NCBI GenBank assembly: GCA_040437565.1
Contig: JBDOQK010000013.1
Span: 124,001 to 188,000, forward strand
Length of the DNA stretch: 64,000 nt
Source of the DNA: Albugo candida
Lineage: Eukaryota
Reading direction: 5' to 3'
The position numbers and the translations under genes are program-made. The notes beneath the pieces were generated by a model that was given only the letters and a program-made list of their open reading frames with translations, searched no databases and had not been told where the DNA came from. Positions 12,313-24,415 of the stretch are shown here, one piece after another. Each line of letters begins with the position of its first letter. The stretch's first letter is position 1.

Positions 12313-15300
12313 ATGCATACTCCTTTAATGTCTTCTCACAGCAACGGGGTGCCGTCATCTCGCTCAATCACGTCCGATACACCTGATTCTTCGTATTCGA
12401 GCTCTTCCCAGACTCTAGACTCACAGCGCTTCCAGACGGACGCAACACGTGCATACAATATTTCATTTATAGGCGAGGAATGCCGCTGGAAACCTGAAGA
12501 GGAGCTCGATGCGGTCCTGGAGGCCCCAAAGCTTTCGGGTTCTACTCAAGTAACGACAGCCATTCCATCATTCTATGTTCCCAATGCACCTATATTACAG
12601 TCGCTCAAGGTCCCTGTGGAAGGAAGTACCTCCACACTACCTCCTGCGTACAATTCCGCATATATGAAGGATAGGAAATCAGATGCAAAGCCATCCATTG
12701 CGTCCCCGAATAACAATGCGCTCAATTACAAACCGAAATACGAATTTGCACTTATTCTTTTCAACAAAGTCACATCTCCACGCGCTCTCGCACGATCTGG
12801 TTTGGACTCCACTGGACGCCAACAAATGGAAATCATTCAACGATGTATCAGCGCCGGTCTGGAGGTTGCTGTGATGTCAAGTACACTCTGCAGCCGGAAA
12901 TTCATGGTTCTCCTCCTCCGCCCGACACCATCTCGTCTTCAAATTGAGAAGAATCGACTCATTCTCGAACGCTGGCTTCAAATCGGAGCCGTTGGGCAAG
13001 TTCCTTCGGAAATCGAACAATTAATTGCTGCAAGCGATTTCGGCTCAGCCATTCCTTCCGATACAAATTTATCGCCTGCCGAGCGCATTCAGACGATCGC
13101 TCGAATTATCACTTCCACACGGAATATGTCCGAATTGAATCCTCCCGGCGCCGATATCGTAATCGACGGCAAAAATTCTAAAGATCCTATCATTTATTCG
13201 TGCTTTCCGATTCACAATCAGCGAGTTTCCAAGTCTATCTATGCGAAAAGCACGTTTTGGTGGCGACATTCTCAAACACTGATTGACGATGTGCGGTATC
13301 ATTACGGCGAGCGTGTCGCCTTTTACTTCAGTTTTGTGTTTTTTTACACTAAAAGTCTCGTTTTTCCAGCAATTTTAGGCACATTTGTATACCTCTTTTG
13401 CCGGTGGTATAATGCAGATGTGTACTTGCGTGCTCTTTGTGTATACGGCTTAGTGACAGCAATCGTATGGGGAGCACTCACCTTGAAGGCGTGGGCTCGT
13501 CAGACACAAATGCTTCGTGACACGTGGAATGTACGCTTTTTTAAAGAAGCTGATTACCCAAACGATTCCTTCCGTCCTCAAAGTTATTCCAACATCGTCG
13601 ACGCTCGTGGAAATGTTCTTTTTCGTGAGCCGTATTACAACTCTTGGTATCGAATTCCAGCGTATATGCAAACATTTCTCGTCTTTACGGTGTTTGTTGC
13701 CGGTTATCTGATTGGAACGACATTCTTTGTTGTATGGTATACAGCCGCAATGATGGCGCCGGTGTGTAGCGAGTGTCCGACATGTGTTCGCCTATTTTCA
13801 TGTTTTGCCACACAAAAGCCGGTATTATTCACTTGGCGCTGGGGATACATTTTATTGCAAGGAATTTTGCTGGGAATCTCTCTGGATGTCCTCATGTACG
13901 TGATGGCGGTAAAGCTACTTCGGTATCTGGTCATCCGCGAGAACCACGCGACCGAGGCTCAATTTCAAAGAGCGATGACGAATCGGCTATTCCTTATCAA
14001 TTGGATCTCGTTTTTCCTTTGGTTCATACTCATTGCGTTTGGAATGGTTCCATTCGGGAAACACATTGAGGCATTCCTTGCGACCCAATTGCATTCTTCT
14101 CATTTCAGCGTGGATTGGGAGAACGGTGTTATTGATATGTCTACAGCGCTAGTCACACCGTTGCTATTCACGCAAGCGCTAAATTTGCTTATGGACACTG
14201 CGGTTCCCAGCGTTTTCAAAAAACATCAATTACGGGCTTCACATCATTTCGCTCGTGCTACAAGATCGAATCCAGCAGATACTTTATTGGCATTGGCTGA
14301 ATATCATGCTTCTTTTGAGCCACTGGCAAGTAAAGTAGCCGATGGATCATTAGATTTACAGGCTCGGATTGAGGCAAGTAGATGCTGTGAGGAGGTTATG
14401 TGCTGACAGGCTTGAGTAGCTTCATATGATGACGCCGATACGGATCCCGTGGATGGAGAAAGAGCTCGGCATTGCAATCAACACAGTCGAACGTTTGGAG
14501 AATGATACTTGTATCTTTTGATACGATGAAACAAATTGTATGCTAAAGTGTGGCTGTATAGGTTTTATGACCGCAGATCACGTACTTGCAGAGAGTCGAT
14601 TGGAATCGTATAATCCGTTTGTATGAGTCTTTGGTTGCGTGCGATTACATGTCACTCAGATTTTGTATGTAGCCCGATTACCTTCGGATGGTTATTCAGT
14701 TTGTAAGCTGCACCCGAACGATTCTGTCGAAGCTACATGTGTTGTTTGTAGGGCTATGTGGTGATGTTCTCGGTCGTGTGGCCGTTTTGCGGTCTCGCGG
14801 CGTTTATAAACAATGTTGTTCACATTCGCAACTGTTTGGTCAAATTGGTCGTGTTACGTCGTCGACCTGTACCGCGAAAAGCCAATAGCATCGGTCAATG
14901 GGAGAAAATGTTGCTCATCACATTAATTCTAGCAGTTTTTGTGGTTGCTGGACTCATCTGTATGAGTTCTGGCGAATTGGAAGTGTTCGTTTCGTCGTGT
15001 GCGAAAGGAAAGAAGGAATTTAGGTAATTTGTTCGATTAGGCAGCGCGGTTTGGTGACCGAAACGGCTCTTTGTAGTATGACGCCCGATTTTGAGTGTCT
15101 GAGTTCGTCTACTCGGTTTTTAGTGGCTCTTGCGATGGAACACGTAGCGCTGTTGGTCGTGTATCTTTTGATGGATAGTATCTCAAATACACCGAGATCA
15201 ATCCGGACAAGCTTTCAGCGAAAAAAAGAGCTTATCCGCCTTGCTATTTGCGGACGTCATGATGTCACTATTGAGACTGTAGCGTCTCCGACGCGCGTGC

Positions 15301-15326
15301 AGGTCATTTCATGTGACGTGGTGTAG
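12313..15326 (+). CDS. Anoctamin/TMEM16 family channel or scramblase
   Basis: DDVRYHYGERVAFYFSFV, ENHATEAQF, DYLRMVIQFGYVVMFSVVWP, AFINNVVHIR, RRPVPRKANSIGQW and AMEHV; multiple TM segments; includes a 30-nt exon at 14673-14702. The 3' end is uncertain. Confidence 0.9.
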
Positions 15327-15476
15327 GTCTACAGAAAAAACTCGCTTTTGATGTGAGTATTAGTGGCCTCAAATGGAGAGGATGTTACTAGTCGATTGGA
15401 CGGAATTGTGGGAATTATTAGGGTTTAAGACAGAAGATTGGCGGGAAAATTACTTTCATGCGATTTTCATTGGGAA

Positions 15477-16400
15477 ATGCAATTCACTCGCAAACAGCTA
15501 AACGAGTGAGCGGAACTCGTACAATTGAGGACGTACACTTTGTCGAATTACATACTTTACGTCATTTGTAAGCAAAGTATACATGTACAGTACAGTCTCT
15601 GATCTAAACGATTATATTATAGCCGATCGATTCTCACTGGCATCCTTGTTGTGACAATCACTCTTGCTGTGTATTTACTATGGACTCCACTGGTGGAGTG
15701 GAATGTTGATACAAACAATCTCCATCGGACTATAAACAAAGTGGAGACTTATGTATCGGATTTACACGAGCAAACAGCTCTGACTAATGTCAAAATGAAA
15801 TCATTCCTACAACAATGCCAAATGATCCGAATGACAGCCAGCACACGGAATGGAGTCATTGCAAAGCATATGATGATGGCATTTGAGGAGCTTGGGATCG
15901 AAAGAGTACGCACGTATGGCGAAACCTTTCAAGAATATCGCCAAAATGGATGGCGTTCAGCAAATGACACTATGAAGGAGTTCGAGGTGGAAGCTCAGAC
16001 AGAGAAAGATGAAACAGCAATTTCAGAAAGCGTACTTTCGGAGATTCATAGTGCTGTTGAGAGCGTGCAGAATGCTGAAATCGCTGATGAACATGGATTT
16101 GATCCGTTTAATCTCGAACCTGGATTTTTGACAAATTTCGATTCGAATCTTGACCTTGAAATGACTGACTCGATTGTATCACCGAATGCGCCTTCTGAAG
16201 AAAATAAAGCGCGAGAACCTCAAGTAGTGGGATACTGTACTGGTATACTTGTACTATGCGTTTTCGTACTCGTTATTTATAGTGGTTGGATTTGGAAGCC
16301 TTTGCGCTGTTGTGGTTCTCTGAAACAGCGAAGAAATACTCGTTGGATTGTACTGCAAGCGGCGAATGCACTTGGTCGTGTGATTGTACGGTTTCATTGA
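15477..16400 (+). CDS. Hypothetical membrane protein (N-terminal TM, coiled/acidic middle, C-terminal TM)
   Basis: ATG at 15477 and intron 15506-15622 join in frame to the 249-aa ORF (MQFTRKQLNDRSILTGILVVTITLAVYLLW...). Second TM is CTGILVLCVFVLVIYSGWIW. Confidence 0.55.
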
Positions 16401-16728
16401 TGCGACGACTCGGACTTTCCTGCACTGACTCGTCTTTGCCATAGATTTTACAGAAATTGCCCTCATGCAAAAGCGAACGACTTCTTTCTGCACCATCAAA
16501 TCAGTCAGAAGCGGATCACGGAAGCATCAGATTTGTACGTGTGCCATATACATCCTCTTTGACGCTGATTATCACGTGTGCAGGGCACGGAATCTGAAGT
16601 TTTTATGCGACGATCGAAACGATTGTTATCACAACCGAACTTTTCTAATTTCAACATTCAACTATTCATCAAACGAAAGTTGTTCGAATTGATGCAACAA
16701 CTTCAATCCGACCAAAGTGAATAGTAAC

Positions 16729-17306
16729 TTAACTCGCATCGGTTTCTAAGACATCTCGAAGTGTCTGAACATCTGACGGCTCATTTCGATCGAGTATGGA
16801 GAGTATATCGTTTTTCAGAGTTTGCACCTTTTTTCTTTCCAACTCAAGTTGCTCTTTTGCTTTCTCTTCCTCCAAACTTTGCACCGCGAGCTGCATCGAA
16901 TTACATTAGTGTTTGAAGACAACTCGCAATGCTTACCATTTCAACCATAAGTTTGCATTTGAAATGACTCATATCAGATTCTTCCGTAATACGAGTCACA
17001 GTGTCTCGTAGTTGCTGATTATCATTTTCTAGAGTTTTGACCTGTGTCTTGAGAGACTCACATTGTGACGAAGCTTGCTGAAGTGAACCGTGCTCTACAC
17101 AAGTGAGTTGATTACCATGGTACGGTTTAATACACATCGCACCAAATGTCCATTGTCCGCTTTTAGACAACCAAAACGTTGCTCCACCAAGCGATAAGCT
17201 AACCGGAATCTCTTCCTCCTGAATGAAAACGTTACGCTAGTTATCACTCTTATGCCTCACGTACTTGAGATTTCAATAAATCTTTTCCTATGATTGCCTC
17301 TGTCAT
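16729..17306 (-). CDS. Chibby-like small coiled-coil protein (4 exons)
   Basis: Spliced product MTEAIIGKDLLKSQEEEIPVSLSLGGATFWLSKSGQWTFEHGS...ITEESDMSHFKCKLMVEMLAVQSLEEEK...ETDAS*, with all introns GT-AG. The pattern resembles Chibby (P-x-L-x-LG..F..GQW; EE-N-LL-x-K-V-x-LL-DML). Confidence 0.6.
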
Positions 17307-17401
17307 ACTCAAAACGACGGTTGACACCAAATAAAAAGACACTGAGTCGAGAAGCGAATTTTATATTCACCAATTATTGACCACAAAACGTGCTCACTAA
17401 C

Positions 17402-18535
17402 TCACAATTCCTCGTTGGCGTCGACTTCAGGTTCATCGTCGGTTTCATCGGCCTCTTGGTTGTCAATCGCCTCGCCATTCAACGCTTTGAGAATGTTTTT
17501 ACGCTTTTCAAAGAGTTTCCTTTTCACTAAAGGAACATTTTTGTTGCGTAATAGCCCTTCCAAACGCTTAATCTCTGATTCAATGTATCCCGATCCTTTC
17601 GCAATGATTTTCTTGATCGCTTTGATGTACAAAGCGCCATGCTCTGCGTCTTCTCCTTCCAGTTTCTCCACAATCGCCTCAGCTTGGTTCAAGTGCGAGT
17701 TAGTAAAGTCGGTCACTCCAGACACCAAAACGTCCAATTCAGCAACTCGTCCAGCAATACTCGCAAGCGTTCCATCTTCCTTTCGGTACGTACCAGCTTT
17801 CTCATTGATGAACTGCACAAATGAGGATAAATCACGTCCTTCCGAGTAATCCTCAGGAGTTTGAGATCCTGGTGCAAAGTACTTAATGGTGGGGAAACCA
17901 CTCACGTCGTACGTGGTTGCCAAAGGTTTGTTCGTTTCCACGGTCGCATCAACTTTTGCAATCAGAACGTTAGATTCGGGTCCAAAGATCTCGGCCAAGT
18001 TCTCATACACCGGCATTAAATTCATACAGTGACCACACCAAGGAGCATAAAATTCCACGAGTGCGTGTCGTCCCGACTCAAACACTTCTTTTTCAAAAGT
18101 GTTTGCGGTCAGTGCAACAACAAACGATGGCGGTTTTACAGCTTTTGCTTGAGATCCCGATTTCTCATTCAAAAACTCGATGAATTCGTCCTCACTTCGG
18201 CCTCCACTGTAGTCTTCGGCCTCAGTAGATCCTTTGTTGAAAAACTTTAACGTTGGAAAACCAGTCACACCAAAACGGTCTCGGAGTTCAGTGTGAGCTT
18301 CAGCGTCGACTTTTGCGACGATAACACTGTCAATCTTTCTAAACGAAGTAGCAACGATTTCATACGTTGGACTCAGTTTTTTACAGTGGCCACACCACGG
18401 AGCGTAATATTCAACAAGAACGTGTTTTGTACCGTCAACAATTTGATCGAAATTATCAGGAGTCAAGTCGACTACGTCCGAAGACAGGGCGACGGGTACC
18501 ACACACAACAGTGTAACAAGCAGGAGAAGCGACAT
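17402..18535 (-). CDS. Protein disulfide isomerase (a-a'-ERp29c type)
   Basis: Signal peptide, two APWCGHC thioredoxin sites, an ERp29-like helical C-domain and ER-retention-like C-terminus NEEL; intronless. Confidence 0.96.
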   Translation of the reverse strand: MSLLLLVTLLCVVPVALSSDVVDLTPDNFDQIVDGTKHVLVEYYAPWCGHCKKLSPTYEIVATSFRKIDSVIVAKVDAEAHTELRDRFGVTGFPTLKFFNKGSTEAEDYSGGRSEDEFIEFLNEKSGSQAKAVKPPSFVVALTANTFEKEVFESGRHALVEFYAPWCGHCMNLMPVYENLAEIFGPESNVLIAKVDATVETNKPLATTYDVSGFPTIKYFAPGSQTPEDYSEGRDLSSFVQFINEKAGTYRKEDGTLASIAGRVAELDVLVSGVTDFTNSHLNQAEAIVEKLEGEDAEHGALYIKAIKKIIAKGSGYIESEIKRLEGLLRNKNVPLVKRKLFEKRKNILKALNGEAIDNQEADETDDEPEVDANEEL

Positions 18536-18586
18536 ACTCCGTTTATTACGTTTTGATACTTTTCGAAAATGTTCGGTTCAGGAGCG

Positions 18587-18610
18587 GCCACGTGGCACGT
18601 GGCACGTGGC
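18587..18610. promoter_or_regulatory. Triple tandem CACGTG (G-box/CCACGT) element upstream of PDI
   Basis: GCCACGTGGCACGTGGCACGTGGC with CACGTG at 18589, 18596 and 18603, about 50-75 bp upstream of the PDI ATG. Confidence 0.55.
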
Positions 18611-18754
18611 TGTTACCAACCTGTTACTATCATATTTTCTCGTTATCACCTATCACAGGTATTGCAAACAAAAAACAAAATTGGCGCGCAATGCATAAAA
18701 ATTGTGCAAATATTTTCGTACGTTCGATCAATTCTCTATTTTCGACTATTTCGG

Positions 18755-21700
18755 CTATCGGATCACTAATTCGGACAGCAATTTTGGCAATTGGGCTTTG
18801 AATTGCTCCAAATTCTGAATCGTCTCATTCCTCGCGATCACCGCCAGCGCGTACTCGTCCTTTCGCCACATTGTCACATGGACAGCCTGTTTCTACAATA
18901 GAAATAATGAGAAACAGCTCATTAATCGCTTGAGCATCCACCAAACCTTTAAGAAGCGAATATCGAGCAGCGAACGATGATCGTACACCAATCGAACATG
19001 CGTTTGTGATCTTGGAATCAAAAGGAGACGACCGGGTTCCAATTTATTTATTGGTTTCAGCGCTGTGCAATTGGGATCCAAAATTGGTCCATTGGATTCT
19101 GTCGTACAACGCATCAACTCTTTGCGGTCATAATACGCCGCCGCTGGAGACTCAATGAATCCCGAAAGAATCCCAAGTGGAATTGCTGTCCTTTCCAGTG
19201 CTTCCAGTAGCTGTGTTGCGTCCTTGTGCACATTCAATGCCGACTGAATGAAAGGAAGAAGAGGATGTGTGATGGGAGTGAATGTGAGGACAAAGCCGCA
19301 TTTCGGTTTGCATTGTATTTTCAGTCGGAAACACGCGCCATTCACATTTTCTTTCGACGCTAATACGATCTCAAAAGGATCGGCGTGCTCCATGAAGAAG
19401 TGACTCTCACTGTGAGAGAACGCGTGCTTCAGACTATTGCTCAGCACATGCATTGGGTGCACCAAAGTCGCTACTTCCAACAAACAATTCTCCAGCGGAT
19501 TCTCGTTATTCGGATCATTCGATCGATACCGAAAGACCAAGTCTCCATTCTCATTTACAAATCGAGTTTTCTCCGTGCAAAGTGACGGCAAAGTTGAGCA
19601 GAATTGCGTCGAGAATCCACAAATACGCACATGGAGCTCGATACCGCCCGGCATTAGACACGCTCGAATCAAGTCGATTTTCAATGCAAGTAATGTCTCT
19701 TCGGGGAATGAGAATGTGATCACTTGATGCCCGAGACTTTTTCCCGTCGATATCGCCGATCCAATGTATCGTATTCGCGCTTTTCGTCGTCGAGCAAAGC
19801 TCACACATTGTTGGAGTTGTATCCGATCGTGACACTGATTGATAATGAGATTGAAAATGCGTGTGAGGCTCAGAGCTACAGGCTCTTTGGAATGCATTGA
19901 TTCCTGTGGGAACTTTTGTTTCTTGCATGGAAATGTATTCGTCTTTGTGACTGATGCTCTACAGGTGAAGTCGACGGATTCAAAGAGTTTCAGTGAAATA
20001 GATGCAAGTGTTTGCTTCCGAATCGGTGGGAATCGATAAAAGAACTGAACATTGTTCTGGCCGTTGGCTTCACTGCTCAATTGTAACAGTGAAAAACGCG
20101 GAGAATGAACGTATGCGTCGGTGTCGTCGTCCAAATGCGTAAACGTTTCTGATCGATCGATTGTATCGATTTCGATGACGGAATAGTAATTGGAATGCTT
20201 CCATGAAGATAGCTGCACAAACAACGCGTTCTCTGAGATTGTGATGGATGCATTCGTCGTGCACTGCTCTTTGTACTTTCGCCAGTCCATTTGAATGTTC
20301 CTATACACTTGAAGTCGTCTTAAAGACGTAATTGTGGCCGTGCATTCTTCTAAAGCGAGTTCGTCCAAAGCTTTACAAACAAGTGATTGAATTGTTTTGA
20401 GAGCATTTTCATGGTCCAAAACAAGTGTAAATGACTTGGTTTGCTCACGTGTGTGGATATCTGTCGAAGAATAAGCTTCGTCTGTCGTCTCGAGTTTGCA
20501 GTGAATGTTGAGTGCGTCTTCCAAAGACTTTGTATATTGAGTCAACACTGAACGCGCAGACATGACGGGAGCGTCCACAGTGCATTTTCCTTGACGAATA
20601 TCAAATGCGAGCTCGATACATTGACAGAGACCTTCCACATCGGCATTTCTCAACTGAATTCGGGATTCATCTCGTTCGATCCATACGCATTGTCCGGAAA
20701 GTAGCCTACAATATCCTCGCTCTTGGATCATATTTCGGAATAAAAGTCTTTGACATCCTTCCAAATACGCTATCGCATGAGCTTTCATAGCAGCTAGAAG
20801 GAGTCTTTCCGCACTGATTTCCAGCATATTGCTTGGAATCTCTAAAATTTCTTCAGCCCGACTCGAAATGGTTTTTGGTAATTGTGGATGTAATTGAACG
20901 GCTACAAGGTCTTTTCCTGCTCCAATACTGAAGCGGACACACAAGCACGAGGTCATGAACGGTGGAATAGAAGCTTTTTTACGTCGTTCAAGGATTTCCG
21001 GACTCTGAGTCGAAGATGAGCAGCGATGCGGCCAGTAGTTGAAATCTAGATAATTTCCTTGACGATGATAGATCGTGGAGAAGCGGTGCTTCCAGGGTCC
21101 ATCCACCAGTATCTGGGCCTGAGATCGAAGGATGTGGAGGGCCAAAGAAGCACAGAATTGTTTCATGAGATTGTAAGCTTTGAGGAATGGTTCCTCCGAA
21201 TGATTGAGGACATTTTGTAATAAATTACGAATATGAGCATATTGCGTGAGGTTGGGCGCATTATTTTGAAAGATACGGAACGCACTTGAGTTTGTTTGGT
21301 ACTGTTGGAGTGCGTCGGTGTCGGTTAAAATGGTGTGGACGCGCACTACGTGCCACACTGCATCCGGTTGAAGTCCTTGTAGAGTGAATACGATTTCGAA
21401 TTGTCCGCTGCATGTAAAGTATACGAATCCTTGATCCAATGAGATGGAAGTGAATTGTTTAGGGATTTTCGCTTGAATGAGTCGATATCGGATAAGGTTA
21501 TTTAGATTTTCAGAGGCTTTCGTGAGGTTGACGGGTGGAAACTCGCGAGGATACATGGCACGTTCAATGACGGAAGGAAGACGTAGGTAGGAACCTTTGT
21601 ATAAAACGTCGATTGCAGTGCTGAGATCGTACCTTCTTTCCTTGGCACGATCTAGATTGGCGTGCATGAAGAAGAGTCGATCATTGGTCTCGTTCGTTTG

Positions 21701-21973
21701 ATTGCGATACGATTCTGCGTGCTGCAATACTTGTGAGGAGCGTTTTGAGACATTAGCGTGGCGATGTGACCAGAGTGTAAGCCCAAGTAATTGAGTGCAT
21801 TGCTGCTTACATTGTGATAGGAACTTTAAAAGAGGTTCAGTACGCTCTTCCTCACGTAAGGTGGATAAATGTTGCACCAAGGTTCGTAGATTTTCATATT
21901 GCTGATCCACGCTGCGATGTAATAATTCCGAGGTTTTGATGGTTCTGGGTCGTTGCGCTGGAAAATCACTCAT
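18755..21973 (-). CDS. MED14: Mediator subunit 14
   Basis: N-terminal MED14 motif AKERRYDLSTAIDVLYKGSYLRLPSVI followed by LIRYRL..IPKQF and GQFEIVFTL..WHVV. 1026-aa ORF plus a short last exon ending at TAG 18755-18757. Confidence 0.85.
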
Positions 21974-22355
21974 GTTATAATTTGAACAATCGGAGCGTTT
22001 TTGATTTCCTATATGTTCCGAAATGTTTCTTGTAGCGTCGTAATCACAGCAAGAACTTGAGACCCTCGCTACTTTTCGCGATCATTCATTCACAAGCACT
22101 AAAAGTTTCATAAACACNNNNNNNNNNNNNNNNNNNNNNNNNNNNNNNNNNNNNNNNNNNNNNNNNNNNNNNNNNNNNNNNNNNNNNNNNNNNNNNNNNN
22201 NNNNNNNNNNNNNNNNNACTAAAAGTTTCATAAACACCATACTCGTGAGAGTATTAAATCAGAGCTGTTTTAAACAGTATTATGAAGATGTATACTGTAT
22301 ACTTTTTCTGATAAATCAACACAAACATCCGCGATAAGTTTGTATTTGATCTCGC

Positions 22356-23634
22356 TTATTTGAAAACTCGCGAGTCAGCAAGAGGTTCTCCTTCCAATTC
22401 GTTGTCATTGCACCAGTACGCGGCAATACGCGCCTTACTGGCGTCATCGAAAGTGGCCACGCGTTTCCATGTATAGTATTCCGCATCCGGGTTTGCTTCC
22501 ATCATATGGTCGATTGTGTCCCCACGAAATAGCCAGCATCCGGTAATGTTCAATTTGGAGCCTTCTTTACCACAAATGTGCATGACACCAAATGCGAACT
22601 TACGCACTCCTTCAGATCGCTGGATAAATCCGTTTATAGCATTGCTTGTCATAAACAAAACTTTGTTCTCATCATTGTAATTATAGTCGCACATCCAAAT
22701 AGAGTACCCTTCGCTGTCGAAATTGTCCCAAAACCATTTCATCGAATCGATCACAGGTTTGGTGTTGGAGTACTGGACTTTCCATTCATCCAGGACCATT
22801 TTGCTCGGTTTTTCGCGGTTGAGAACAACCAGTGGATGCTCTACCTTTTTCTTCGGTTTTGGTTCTTCTGCAACGCTTTGTTTGGTAGCTTTTGGAGCTT
22901 TTCCCGCAGTTTTTTTCGTTTCTTTCTTTCCACCGTTGTCGCCTTCTGCAAGGACCGGCACATCGCACAGTGGCACATCGCCAACGATATTTTGAAATTC
23001 AGGCTGATTCACAAGCGTGCTAAACCACCGATTCACAGCCGAATACGGCTTGCGAAGATCCTTATCCAGTAACATTTTCATTGGGTACACAAGCAGAGAC
23101 GCAATCACAATATCTGCCAAAGTGATGTGCTCACCGACAAGATACGTGCGGAGATGCAGATGATTCTCAAGCACCTGTAGGGCTTTCTTTACATCTTCGA
23201 CAGCTTTGGCTTTGGTTCCGGCATTGAACTTCATGTAGCCAAAAATAGGATACAGCCACATTTGGAGTGGTACCTCTAGTTCGTGTGCAGAGAAATCGAT
23301 CCAGGAATCTACTTGACCGGATTCGAAAAAGGTTTGACCGTACAGACCAGTATCTGCACGCAATCGAGCGACGTATCGAGCAATAGCGTTGCTTTCGAAA
23401 AGTGCACCATTTTCTGTCTCCAACACAGGTACTTTTCCGAGAGGATTCTTTGCAAGAAATTCCTTGGATTTGATGGTGGTCATATCAAATTCGGGCACTT
23501 CAATGTCGATACCATTGTATTCGGCAGCGATTAATATTTTGAACACACGGTAGTTTCCGGGGTATGTGTAGAGTTTCTAAGAAAAGAGGATCGCGTTAGG
23601 AGAAATGCAGGTACAAAGCATGAGCACCTACCAT
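22356..23634 (-). CDS. EEF1G: Translation elongation factor 1B gamma
   Basis: GST-like N-domain (KNPLGKVPVLE, LFESNAIARYVA) and EF1G C-domain (LDEWKVQYSN, WFWDNFDSEGYSIW, FMTSNAINGFIQR). The coding part of exon 1 is the ATG alone. Confidence 0.96.
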
Positions 23635-24415
23635 TTTGCACGCAGTACAGTTTGTTTCTCAATAGGACACACTATTAGCAAGAAGATATATCTACTATAA
23701 CCGAAATGGTTTCATGTTAAAAGAGTAAGCGTCTAAGGCAAGGCGATATCGATAAACAAAGGTCTTATNNNNNNNNNNNNNNNNNNNNNNNNNNNNNNNN
23801 NNNNNNNNNNNNNNNNNNNNNNNNNNNNNNNNNNNNNNNNNNNNNNNNNNNNNNNNNNNNNNNNNNNNCGATATCGATAAACAAAGGTCTTATGCAAACT
23901 AGGCGTCGGTGATTAGGCAGAAAATAAACTTGGATGATGTTGCTACATATTTTATGTGTAGCAGAAAGCTCATAGCAATTTTAACGTTTGAAAGTAAAAA
24001 CAACTGTACAAAGTAGACATTCCATCATCCTATAGAACGACTATTGTAATCACAACCAAACACAAGAAACGGCCATAGGTTCAAAGTTAGGTATACCACG
24101 ACTTTGTCGTTTTGCTTGTGAGAGAATGCCCCGTAGTTTACAATATGTTCGATGTTGAATTGATAAGTGAGACGATATGTATGACCCATCACTGCACTTT
24201 AGTGTGTACGCTGATAAGTGCTGTATCGTAAGCGCAACAGGTATAGTGAGGGAGGATGTAGTCGTGTGACACTATGTTGTTGCGATCCACATAAGCAAAC
24301 ACATAAGCAAGATCGAGGTCATCGATGGGCAACAAATTACAAACCCAACCCTCGCCCACTAAATAGAATCGTCAAATTATAGAGAAGCGCATCATAGAAT
24401 ACTCAATCATATGAC

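Noticed and set aside
15335..15480. Telomerase RNA candidate (TAAACCCTAA on the minus strand with T6 about 80 nt downstream)
   Set aside because: No convincing pseudoknot or closing stem, and the motif sits among promoter elements of the gene at 15477. A telo-box is the simpler reading. A covariance-model search would settle it.
17415..17849. Antisense and alternate-frame ORFs over conserved genes (this one and many others in the track)
   Set aside because: Shadow ORFs of real coding sequence with no independent motifs.
23930..23965. 10-bp hairpin with a nearby box-C-like word in the EEF1G/GK spacer
   Set aside because: An isolated hairpin with no properly placed box D or guide sequence; insufficient for a snoRNA call.
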